Shown here piece after piece: positions 34,801 to 47,150 of a DNA stretch of 64,000 bases. Position 1 is the first letter of the stretch. The number at the start of each line of letters is the position of its first letter. This DNA is from Octopus sinensis. Its lineage: Eukaryota. The notes below the pieces were generated by a model. It was not told the origin of the DNA and made no database searches. It saw only the letters and a program-made list of their open reading frames with translations. The position numbers and the translations under genes are program-made. Where the stretch lies: NCBI RefSeq assembly GCF_006345805.1, contig NC_043015.1:45136001-45200000 (forward strand), read 5' to 3'.

Positions 34801-35920
34801 AGCTGTTTGATAAGAGGAGGACTGAGGATTTGATGGGGATGCTGGGGTTGGAGAAATCAGTGGAATGGTTGGCAAGGGCGAATGGAGTAAGGTGGTATGG
34901 GCATGTGTTGAGGAGGGATGAAGAGGATTTTATTCCGTGCGGCTACAGAAGCAGTGATCTTTCCATTTACTGCAGCACCCAGGATGTAGGAGGGATCAGA
35001 GGAATCACTGACTGTGGTGTCCCAGAAGAGACACCTACCTCTTACCCAGGGACAAAGGTCTCTTCCCATCACTTCTGGATAATCCCGCGCGCCTCCAGAA
35101 CTGAGGGATTATTTACCCGAGCCAGGAGTTCAACAGGGTGAACCACCCTGACCTGCTCTTTTTGCACTGGGTATCGATGATGTTATCAAGATGGAAGCGA
35201 TCTGGAGGGTGATTGCATTTGAAGTAAATTGAGCATGGAAGTGAGGTAGACCGAGGAAAAGGTGGAGAGGACAGGTGGAAGAGGAGGAGATTGGGAGGGT
35301 TGGTTTGAAAAAGGAGGATGCCCAAAACTGGGCGAGATAGTGGAGGGTGGTTGCTATGGCATTGAGCTAGATACAGCCACATTAACAGGGACAAAACCCA
35401 GATTTAAAAACACTGGATGAAGATGATGTCGGTCAATGACTAATATTGGCTTTTTTCCTCACCGCATAAATATTTCCAGTTAGCCTTTTAATACTCTTTG
35501 CATTAAATATGTTAACACTAACTTAACTATTGTATATTGTATATCATTATTATCTCTGTGTATCTACATCAGTGTGTATTTGCATTATTCACATATCACT
35601 TTTTTTTGTTTTTCTTTTTAGCTATGGCCTTTATCAGATGCTGTTAAATTATATTCTTCTAAATCTTCTAATATGGTATGTCATTATATTTTATTACGTT
35701 TATGTATTTGTTTTACTCTTTTACTCTTTTACTTGTTTCAGTCATTTGACTGTGGCCATGCTGGAGCACCACCTTTAATCGAGCAACTCGACCCCGGGAC
35801 TTATTCTTTGTAAGCCCAGTACTTATTCTATCGGTCTCTCTTGCCGAACCGCTAAGTGACGGGGACATAAACACATTGTCAAGCAATGCTAGGGGGACAA
35901 ACACACATGCACATATATAT

Positions 35921-35964
<44 letters not shown>

Positions 35965-36043
35965 TATACATATATATATACATATATATATATACATATA
36001 TATACATATATATATACATATATATATATACATATATATATAC

Positions 36044-36090
<47 letters not shown>

Positions 36091-39000
36091 TATACATATA
36101 TATGACGGGCTTCTTTCAGTTTCCGTCTACCAAATCCACTCACAAGGCTTTGGTCGGCTCGAGGCTATAGTAGAAGACACTTGCCCAAGGTGCCACGCAG
36201 TGGGACTGAACCCGGAACCATGAGGTTGGTAAGCAAGCTACTTACCACACAGCCACTGTTTTGCAAGATTTTTGATGTGATATCGTGTGTTGAAACAGAT
36301 ATTGTTGTATTTAGGAATGGTCATTTTGCCAGTTTAGCCAATAAAAAACACACGCACTATATATTTGGTTTTACTTTGCTTCAGTGTTATTTATTTTTTA
36401 CATTAATCTTAATCTTATTTCGTGTGTTTTTATTGGCTAAACTGGCAAAATGACCATTCCTAAATGTGGCGTATCCAATATACTTGATATGATTTTTTAA
36501 AAATCACAATCTGTTCTATATAACTTTAATATATCTTGTCTGAGATGGTTAAAAAGAAATAGTCCAAATTAAGCAGATCCAGAAAATAATTGGAACTTCA
36601 TCACTAAAAGGAATGTTTTCTGAAAGAGTAAAAGAACATACTTGATACTCTTTTACTCTTTTACTTGTTTCAGTCATTTGACTGCGGCCATGCTGGAGCA
36701 TCGCCTTTAGTCGAGCAAATCGACCCCGGGACTTATTCTTTGTAAGCCCAGTACTTATTCTATCGGTCTCTTTTGCCGAACCGCTAAGTGACGTAAACAC
36801 ACCAGCATCGGTTGTCAAGCAATGCTAGGGGGACAAACACAGACACACAAACACACACGCACATACATATATATATACATATACATATATACGACAAGCT
36901 TCTTTCAGTTTCCGTCTACCAAATCCACTCACAAGGCATTGGTCGGCCCGGGGCTATAGCAGAAGACACTTGCCCAAGATGCCACGCAGTGGGACTGAAC
37001 CCGGAACCATGTGGTTGGTTAGCAAGCTACTTACCACACAGCCACTCCTGCGCCTGTTACTTATTGACAACACGTGGACACTAGTTTCTTTATGAAATAC
37101 TATGCAAAGTTAAATGATAATAGAGATTATCAAGGTGGCGAGCTGGCAGAAACATTAGCACACCAGGCGAAATGCTTATCGGTATTTCATCTGCTGTTAC
37201 GTTCTGAGTTCAAATTCCGCTGAGGTCGACTTTGCCTTTCATCCTTTCATCATCATCATCATCATCGTTTAGCGTCCGCTTTCCATGCTAGCATGGGTTG
37301 GACGTTTCAACTGGGGTCTGGAAAGCCAGAAGGCTGCACCAGGCCCAGTCTGATCTGGCAATGTTTCTACAGCTGGATGCCCTTCCTAACGCCAACCACT
37401 CCGTGAGTGTAGTGGGTGCTTTTTACGTGCCACCGGCACAGGTGCCAGACGAGGCTGGCAAACGGCCTCGATCGGATGATGCTTTTTACATGCCACTGGC
37501 ACGGAGGCCAGTCAGTCAATAAATTAAGTACCAGTTACACACTGGGGTCAATGTAATCAACTTAATCCCTTTGTCTGTCCTTGTTTGTCCTCTCTATGTT
37601 TAGCCCCTTGTGGGCAGTAAAGAAATAAGAGATTATTAAGCATCAATTTGAGACAGAAAAGATCTCACAAGGCCTATTGATGGTCTTTCAAGTTCAATTT
37701 GGTGTTTACAATATCTAATATATCATTAAAAATGTCAGCAGTGAATTCTTGCAAAGCTATTTTTCTATTTTAGGAAGCTATGGCATTGGAGCAGATTCGT
37801 AACATTGGTATATCAGCACACATTGATTCAGGGAAGACCACCTTAACCGAGAGGATACTTTTTTATACCGGAAAACTCAGTGAAATGCATGAGGTAAGAT
37901 AGCAAGGAATTTCTTTACTTTCTTATACAGTAAAAAGGGTAAAAACCCTCCTCGGTTACAAATGACCATGGGATTGCATCTAGAAAGTTCCCCTCCCAGG
38001 CACAAGTCCAGGCATAGTTTTTATGGAAGACCAGCAGTCGCCCATGCATACCAGCCTCCCCTCACCACACCACCGATGTTATCCAAGGGAAAGGCAAAGG
38101 GGCCGATACAGCTTGGCACCAGTGACATCGCAACTTATTTCTACAACTGAGCAGACTGGAGCAACGTGAAATAAAGTTTCTTGCTCAAGAACACAACACA
38201 AACCCCGATCTGGGAATTGAACTCACAACCACACGATCGTAAACTCAATGCTCTAACCACTGAGCCATGTGCCTTATACTGTAAAAAGTGGCCAAAGAGA
38301 AAAAATATTAATCATTTAAGCCAGCACTACTGTTAAGTCATTATTTAGAACAATTGTAGGCTGTGTGGGAAGAAGCTAGCTTCCCAACCACATGGTTCTG
38401 AGTTCAGTCCTACTGTGTGGCATCTTGGGCAAGTGCCTTGGGCCACCCAGAGCCTTGGATTTGGTAGGCGGAAACTGAAAGTAGCCCATCACGTATATGT
38501 GTGTGTCTGTGTGTCCTTGTATTTATGTTTCTCATCCCCCCACCACCACTTGACTACTAGTGTTGGTGTGTTTAAGGGTTGATATATTTGACTAAAATTT
38601 CTTCAAGGTGGTACCCCATCGTGGCTGCAATCCAATGACTGAAACAAGTGAAAGATAAAAGATAAAGGAATTCTTTTGTTGTAATATGTGTGCAGACAGA
38701 TAAAAAGGTGGAAAAGCTGTGTATATATTTCAACCCATTTTGGTGTCTTCATCAGCAGCTATGTACCACCTTTTAACTATCTACAAATGCACTACTTATA
38801 AAACCAATCTATGCACTTATATTCCTCCCTTATGAAACTTGGTCAAATAAGAAATATGGTTCTGTGAGCCAAATCTGCAAAATAGATTCAGTTCTCAGTA
38901 GAGACCCTATGAACATTGCTTACATCAATATTAACTCCTTGAAAAAGTTAAACTTATCTATAAACTTATTCCCCTACCCTAAAAATTTATGATTTTATAT

Positions 39001-42000
39001 TTATGATCTTATATTTATGATCTTATATGGGCTGTTCGCCAGCCTCGTCTGGCACCTGTCGGTGGCACATAAAAAACACCATCCGAGCGTGGCCGTCTGC
39101 CAGCCTCGTCTGGCACCTGTGTCGGTGGCACATAAAAAACACCATCCGAGCGTGGCCGTCTGCCAGCCTCGTCTGGCACCTGTGTCGGTGGCACATAAAA
39201 TCACCCACTACACTCTCGGAGTGGTTGGCATTAGGAAGGGCATCCAGCTATAGAAACACTACCAGATCTGACTGGCCTGGTGCAGCCTTCGGGCTTGCCA
39301 GACCCCAGTTGAACCGTCCAACCCATGCTAGCATGGAAAGCGGACGTTAAACGATGATGATGATGATGATGATTTAAATAATGGAGGCGCAATGGCCCAG
39401 TGGTTAGAGAAGTGGACTCACAGTCGTAGGATTGTGGTTTCATGGTGCCATGAAAAAGAGCATCCAGTTACACTTTTTATAATGGTCGGTGTTAGGAAGG
39501 GCGTCCAGCCATAGAAACCATGGCACAACTGAAACGTTTGAACCTGACATGGTCAGTTTCCTGACTGATTGGATTTTTTCCAAATTATCTAACCCATGGC
39601 AGTATGGAAGACATACATTAAATGGTGAAAATGATGATGAATCTATCCTTCAGTCATCAATTTCTGTTGCCGTTTATGGCAAACAAATTGGATGTCTAGC
39701 ATGTTTTTAAAGAATTCCCCCGATTTAGATTTTCTTTCTACTTTTATTTAGGTGAAAGGAAAAGATGATGTGGGGGCAAAAATGGATTTTATGGAACTTG
39801 AACGACAGAGAGGCATCACCATTCAGTCTGCTGCCACTTACACTGTCTGGAAAGGTACAAACATAAACATTATCGACACACCTGGTAAGTAAAAAAAAAC
39901 CAAATATTACTACTATATTACTAAAAGCTATAGTTTGCCTTAATAGATTAGTCCTCATTTAATTCCATGTTTTTCTAGATTTTCTTTCTTCACATATTTG
40001 AGCCACTTCAAGTGCTCAGCATTTCTTTATACAACTGACATCTTCCACTTGGGTCGCTTATCTGTACCAGTACAGCATTCTCTCTTGCACACTACATCTG
40101 ACTCCTATTAAATCCAGCTTTTCTCTCATATTCTTGATATGCCATTGTTCATGTACACTAAATTTACATATCTGATGAAGCATACTCACCATATTTCTTA
40201 CCATTTTTTGCTCATCCAAGGCCCATGTTTTGCTACTATAGGAATTACACTTCATATATATAAGACCATACACTCTGTCTTTCACTCTGAGAGTAAAACT
40301 GTTTCTTACCAGCAGACATGATAGACCCCTGAATTTTTTCTACCTTTTACTTACTCTAGTAACTATGCGTTTGGAACACTTGCCCAAAGTGCCACACAGT
40401 GGGACTGAACCTGGAACCATGTGGTTGGTAAGCAAGCTACTTACCACACAGCCACTCAGAGTGAAACTTTGAATAAAATGAATGTAGTGTTTGAGAGTGG
40501 GAGAAACTGGATTTAACCCTTTAGTGTTTAAACTGACAATATATCCATCTCAAATATTCCAGCTGTTTTATGTTCAGACTGGCAAGATTCTGCCTCTCAC
40601 ACCTACCCTACAATGTCATTCTAAAAGTGAGTAATCACATCATTGAAATCTCAAAGCTACAAGATATTGAACCAATCCTATGACTGGCACCTGTGAAGAA
40701 ACACCATTTCGACCCTGTGCTTGAGGGGATCCATTGAATCAAGTACACCAACATCAAAATCAATGGAAACTGCAGTTGTGATCCCTGTGCCAATGGCATG
40801 TAAAAAGCACCATCGGAACGTTGCCGATGCCAGCGCCGCCTAGACTGGCTTCCGTGCCGGTGGCACATAGAAAGCACCATCCGAATCGTGGCCGATGCCA
40901 GCGCCGCCTTGACTGGGTTCCATGCTGGTGGCATTTAAAATGCACCAATCCGATCGTGGTTGTTGCCAGCCTCGCCTGGCATGTAAAAAGCACCCACTAC
41001 ACTCACGGAGTGGTTGGCGTTAGCAAGGACATCCAGCTGTAGAAACACTGCCAGATCAGATTGGAGCCTGGTGCAGCCTTCTGGCTTCCCAGATCCCCAG
41101 TCGAACCGTCCAACTCATGCTAGCATGGAGAACGGATGTTAAACGATGATGATGATGAATGCAGGATTAATTCAAAACTGAATAAATAAACTCTACATTT
41201 GACAGGTTAATCTGATTGCTAAAGGATTAAAAGAAATATTAGAATTATATTTCTGAAATTAATGTGTTTTTTTTTTTTTTGTCTTTTCTAAAAATCTTTA
41301 AACAGGTCATGTTGATTTTACTGTTGAGGTGGAGAGAGCTCTTCGTGTTCTTGACGGTGCCATCCTTGTACTGTGTGCTGTCGGAGGAGTTCAGAGTCAG
41401 ACTTTCACCGTTGACCGTCAGATGAAGCGATACATGGTTCCCTGCATTACTTTCATTAATAAGTTAGATCGCATGGGAGCCAACCCATACAGAGTCCTCT
41501 CACAACTAAGGTAAACATTTTCAATCCAACCCCCATCAAGTTTGACGCATAATAAATTATTTTGCTGAGAGGAAGAGGGCAAATCTAACATTTCGAACCA
41601 AAGCAGTCTTTTTATTTAAGGTACTGGTAAATATTTCATCTCTCTCTAACAAAAAAAAAAGCCAAAAAAAAAAAAAACCCAAAAACACCTATCTGAAATA
41701 TTGGATTTCTCCTCTTCGTTGACAACGAAATAATTTATTCTCTCTTTTCTGTTTGTTGACCATCATTAGTTTCTTTAAATTCTAGCATTTCACTTTGACA
41801 TGTACTGGTTATCTCCCCTTAGATAATAGCTATTCGGTTTCAATATTGAAATATACATCATCATTTGGTGATTCCAATCCTGACAAACCTTATAAATTCT
41901 CCCCAAACCTCACAATCTTGCTTTACCAGACCAAGGTCTTGCACTTCTTTTCCCAAATTTCTGGTGATATTTGGACGGGAGGACTTGCAACATTTCCCAC

Positions 42001-45000
42001 CAAATTGGTAACTGGTGTTGGTGTGTTTATGTCTTTGTAACTTAGCAGTTCGGCCAAAGAGACCGATAGAATAAGTACTACGCTTAAGAAATAGGCCCTG
42101 GGGTCAATGTGATGCTCCAGCATGGCCGCAGTCAAATGACTGAAACAATTTGAAGAAAGCAAAACAAATATATATATTTTATGCGCCCTTTTCAAGCCTA
42201 GCCAGGCTCATGGGCCTGGTTTCCCAGTTTCTATAGCGTATGTGTTCCCCCACAGCTGGACGGGGCGCCAGTCCATCGAAGCGTTACTCAAGAAAAAGAG
42301 TGAGAGAAAGTTGGGGCGAAAGAGTACAACAAGAATCGTCACCATCCTCTGCCGGAGCCTCGTGGAGCTTGAGGTGTTTTTGCTCAATAAACACACACAA
42401 CGCCCGGTCTGGGAATCAAAACTGTGATCCTCTGACTGCGAGTCCGCTACCCTAACCACTGGGCCATTGCACCTCTATATATATATAACTAAACAGGAAT
42501 CTGTAAAAAATCTGACTCCACAAATTCCGACCAGCCCATCATACAAACATGGAAAAATGGATGTTAAAACAATGATAACGATAATGAAAGAAGTAATGAC
42601 CTACATGATTTACCTTTCATGGTTGGAGTTTTTAAGACCCCCTTTGGTCATGACTGACAATGGGATTGCACCTAGGAAATTACCCGCCCAGGCACAAATC
42701 CGGGCAAGGTTGTTTATGGAAGACCAGCAGTTACCCATGTATACTGGCCTCCCTTCTCCATGCCACCGATGTTATCCAAGGGAAAGGCAAAGGCGCTGAT
42801 ACAGCTTGGCACCTGTGATGTTGCAACTCATTTCTACAGCAGAGTTAACTGGAGCAATGTGAAATAAAGTGTCTTGCTCAAGAACATAACAAGCAGCCCG
42901 GTCTGGGAATCGGACTCACAACCTCACAATTGTAAACTCGATGCTCTAACTACTGAGCCATGCACCTTCACTGGTTGGAGTAATGTTATATTTATAGGAT
43001 TGTATTCTTAATATGTCAATGTATCCAGTCTGCATGTAACACATATTATTTCTCTGCCTGGTTTGGGATATCATCAGTTGTTGTGTTGTTGCATTCTAAC
43101 CTGTGGTCAAGGCTGCGAGCTGGCAGAAGCGTTAGCGCGCTGGGCGAAACACTTAGTGGTATTTCGTTTGTCTTTATGTTCTGAGTTCAAATTCCACCAA
43201 GGTCAACTTTGCGTTTCATCTGTTCAGGGTCGATAAATTAAGTACCAGTTACGTACTAGTGTTGATCTAATTGACTGGCCCCCACCCCCAAAATTTTAGG
43301 CTTTGTGCCTAGAGTAGAAAAAATTCTTACCTGTGATCAGGATTACTTAAAGTGATTACCTGTTTGATGTCAAAAAACTGTTTCAGGATATGCCACTCGA
43401 ATAATGTTGGGGAACTACAATATTCAGTTATAACAGATGTCTGAAGATTTGAACCTACCTATTCAGTGTTGCAGGCTTATTGTACTTAACATGCTTTACA
43501 TAAATATAATGTTTTTGTCTTTTTGTCTTTTATTAGATCAAAACTGAACCACAATGCTGCTTTTCTCCAACTTCCCATTGGAAAAGAGTCTGAAACGCAA
43601 GGTATTATAGATTTGATTGAAAGAAAAGCTGTATACTTCAAGGAACCTATGGGGTATGTTACTACTTACTTAAACATTGCCAGTCATTGTTGGCTGGATT
43701 AGAGAAATATTGGTCCACTAACCAAAAAGTCAATAGTGTGAAAAAGTGTCACACCCTAGCGGTTGAGGGAACCTGTGTAAGAGATAGACTCAGAAAGACC
43801 TGGGATGAGGTGGTGAAGCATGACCTTTGAACATTAGGCCTCACTGAGGCAATGACTAGTGACTGAGACCTTTGGAAATATGCTGTGCTTGAGAAAACCC
43901 GGCAAGCCAAGTGAGATCATAACCTCGTGGTCTATGCCAGGGGTGTAACCAGCCCACTTATGCGTACCTTTCCTTCATTGGACACTAAACTCTGTTTGCA
44001 AAGACCTGTTGAGGCAAGTGAAATCGAAATCAAATTCGATGACTGGCATCCGTGCTAGTGGAGTGCTAAGAGCACCATCCAAGCATGATTGTTGCCAGAG
44101 CAGCTAACTGGCTTCCATGCAGGTGGCATGTGAAAAGCACCATTTGAGTGTGATCGTCAGAGCAATGTTACCTTATTGGCACTTGTGCTGGTATCATGTG
44201 AGAAAACATTCGAGCGAGGTCATTACTAGTGCCGCTGGACTGGCTCTTGTGCAGGTGGCATGTAAAAACACCATTTGAGTGTGGCTGTTGCCAGTACTGC
44301 CTGACTAGCCCTCATGCCGGTGGCACGTAAAAGCACCCACTACACTCTTGGAGTGGTTGGCGTTAAGAAGGGCATCCAGCTGTAGAAACTCTGCCAGATC
44401 AGATTGGAGCCTGGTGCAGCCATCTGGTTCGTCAGTCCTCAGTCAAATTGTCCTACCCATGCTAGCATGGAAAGTGGACATTAAACAATGATGATGGTGA
44501 TGATAATGATTTTTTATTGCCACAAACAGCCACCATTACAGATCCTCTTCATTTTATTTTATTGATCACAATAGAAATACTATGAAGTGAAAATTATTCT
44601 GATTTCTTTAGTAATTGTTTGCTACTGTTCTAACATGCTGAATGTGACCTTAAAAGCACAGGTTCTTCACATCTAGTCTACTACAGTAATAACGTTTCTC
44701 TTGAAGTTCAATTTTTCCTTTTTATTTGTCATAGCCTCAATATTGTTCAAGACGAAATTCCTGTTGACAGAAGAACAGAGACTGAAGAAAGGAGAGCAGA
44801 ACTTATTGGTAAGGTTTTGTATATTTACCTGTTAATGCTCTCATTTCTTTCTCTTTTCTACCTTGGTTCACCTTTTGCAATCACCTCCTCTGCTATGCAT
44901 TTGGTTGGCCACATTGCCCTGAATGAATGTAACCATCTCTGTCACCCACTTTATTGATTGAGTTGCTCCATTTGAATAGAGAATAAATGTGGTGGTGAGG

Positions 45001-47119
45001 CTCTGTTCTGTCTTGTTGAGTACAAGGCATCTTCACTAGTTCTGTCATCATTATCGTTACCGTTGTGTGTGTGTTTGATTTTAAGCTGCCTCTAATTCAT
45101 ATTTGAATATACAATAAAGTTCATTTACGACTGATTCCTCTTTGCCAAAGTTTTTCATTTTTATTCACTTTCTTACAATTTATAAAGGTTTCATTACTTT
45201 TTTATTCTCATTCTATCTTCAGAATGTTTGGCCAATGTTGATGAAATTTTTGGTGAAATATTTTTGGAAGATCGGGTACCTACTGAAAATGAAATAAGAG
45301 TAAGGATCAAGGAAAAAAAATTTTCCCCATTTTAAAGCAATTTAGCAATTCTTGTAAATTTTCCGTCTTTCTTTGTCACTGCAATATTTGTTAGTCTTTG
45401 ATGTACCTTGTTACTATGGATACACAGCAGTTAATTATACAGATGTCAGCATCCAAACATGATTAAAACTGGTTCCTCTGTAACACAATATCTGAGGCCA
45501 CATTGACATTAAAATGTTATAAAATTAACTACCATAAATCCTCGAGTATGATCCGCATTTTTCCCCCAAAATTTAAAGGTTAAAATCCCTAGTGCATACT
45601 ATATACGAGGTTAAAAATGAAAATTATTTTCTAAGCAATGTCCAAGTCTCTATTTGCTGTCCAGCAATGTTTATTCAGACGCATTTTGTGATGTCGGGCG
45701 CAAAAATACCTTAAGCTAAGCCTGAAAGCAATGAAGTCATAAAAGAATCATCCATAACTTGCAGTTAGCAACATTTATTAAACGTTATTACTGTTACTTC
45801 TTTATTTTTTGCAAACAAAATGCACAAAAAAGCTACATGTTTGCATTATGTTATATATACAATAATACTAAAGGACGTTACCCTCTACATTTTTACAAAC
45901 CAAGGACGTTATATAGACCTCCTTGACTGAAGTTAGAGAAGGGGTGCGTATTATACACAAGGTTTAGGTTTTTCAGAGGTACAGCCCCCTAAAAGTCCCC
46001 TGCGTATTATACTCAAGGGCCTATACTTGAGGATTTATGGTATTCTCTTTTGGTGTGAAATCATTCTCATTTGATAAGTAGGGCTTTTAATTTGGCAACT
46101 GCCTTCTTTGTTTCGTTGAATTTAGTTTTACAATATCATATATGCACTTTGTGATCAAATTCAGTGTTTGACTGTAAAATGTCAACAAACTCATTTGTTA
46201 TTTAATTTATACAATCAGTTTGTATAGAATTGAATCTAAGATTTGTTTAAAGAAGTTTATGGTTGTTGGAATTTAAATTTTCTTCCAAATATTTATGACT
46301 TTTTTTTTTCCATGATACATTTACGTGTTTTATTTCTAATAGGCTGCTGTGAAGAGGACGTGCTTGAAACGTAAATTCAATCCAGTTTTCATGGGAACAG
46401 CTTTGAAAAACAAAGGTGTACAACCTCTTTTGGATTCCGTCCTTGAATACTTGCCAAACCCGAAAGAAGTGGAGAACTATGCTCTGGACAATAGCAAAGG
46501 GTAATTAAACAGACGTTGCTATCTTCATCATTGTAGTGTAGCTAGCGGTGATGATGGGGGTCTAACCCAAGCAATGCTTTTTGGGGGAGAGTACTTGTGG
46601 GTCTGCTGTATGAACCTGTATAGGATTCAAGTGGTGGGCTGCAGACTCAAAGGGCTGCCCTATTCAGCACACACTCTAGCTATGCTAATCTTCATCATCA
46701 CAGTCATATACTTTTTTTCCATGCATGCATTAGTTTAATGAGTTTGATGTCTCACTTTTTATGTATCCCTTTATTATACACCAACATGTAGCACTTTTTT
46801 TTAAGGCAGAAATCCTTTCCTAAAACCAACCAGTTTACAATAAGGACTGGATGTACTTGATCATGCCTCCAACTCTAGAGAGATTATCTGCAGGCAGACC
46901 AAATTATCTTCTCCACTAAATGTTTGTGGAGGTGCAATGGTCCAGTGGTTTGGGCAGCGGACTCGCAGTCAGTAGATCGCGGTTTCGATTCCCAGACCGG
47001 GTGTTGTGTGTGTTTATTGAGCAAAAACTGGAAGTTTATCCTATTTGTTTGCCTGGTTATCTATTGTTATATATCTTACAATCTATCTATCCATCCATCT
47101 ATATATATATAATATATAT

Positions 47120-47150
<31 letters not shown>

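Noticed and set aside
35713-36170. YI-rich ORFs of 72-124 aa
   Set aside because: Translations of a TA microsatellite inside a SINE
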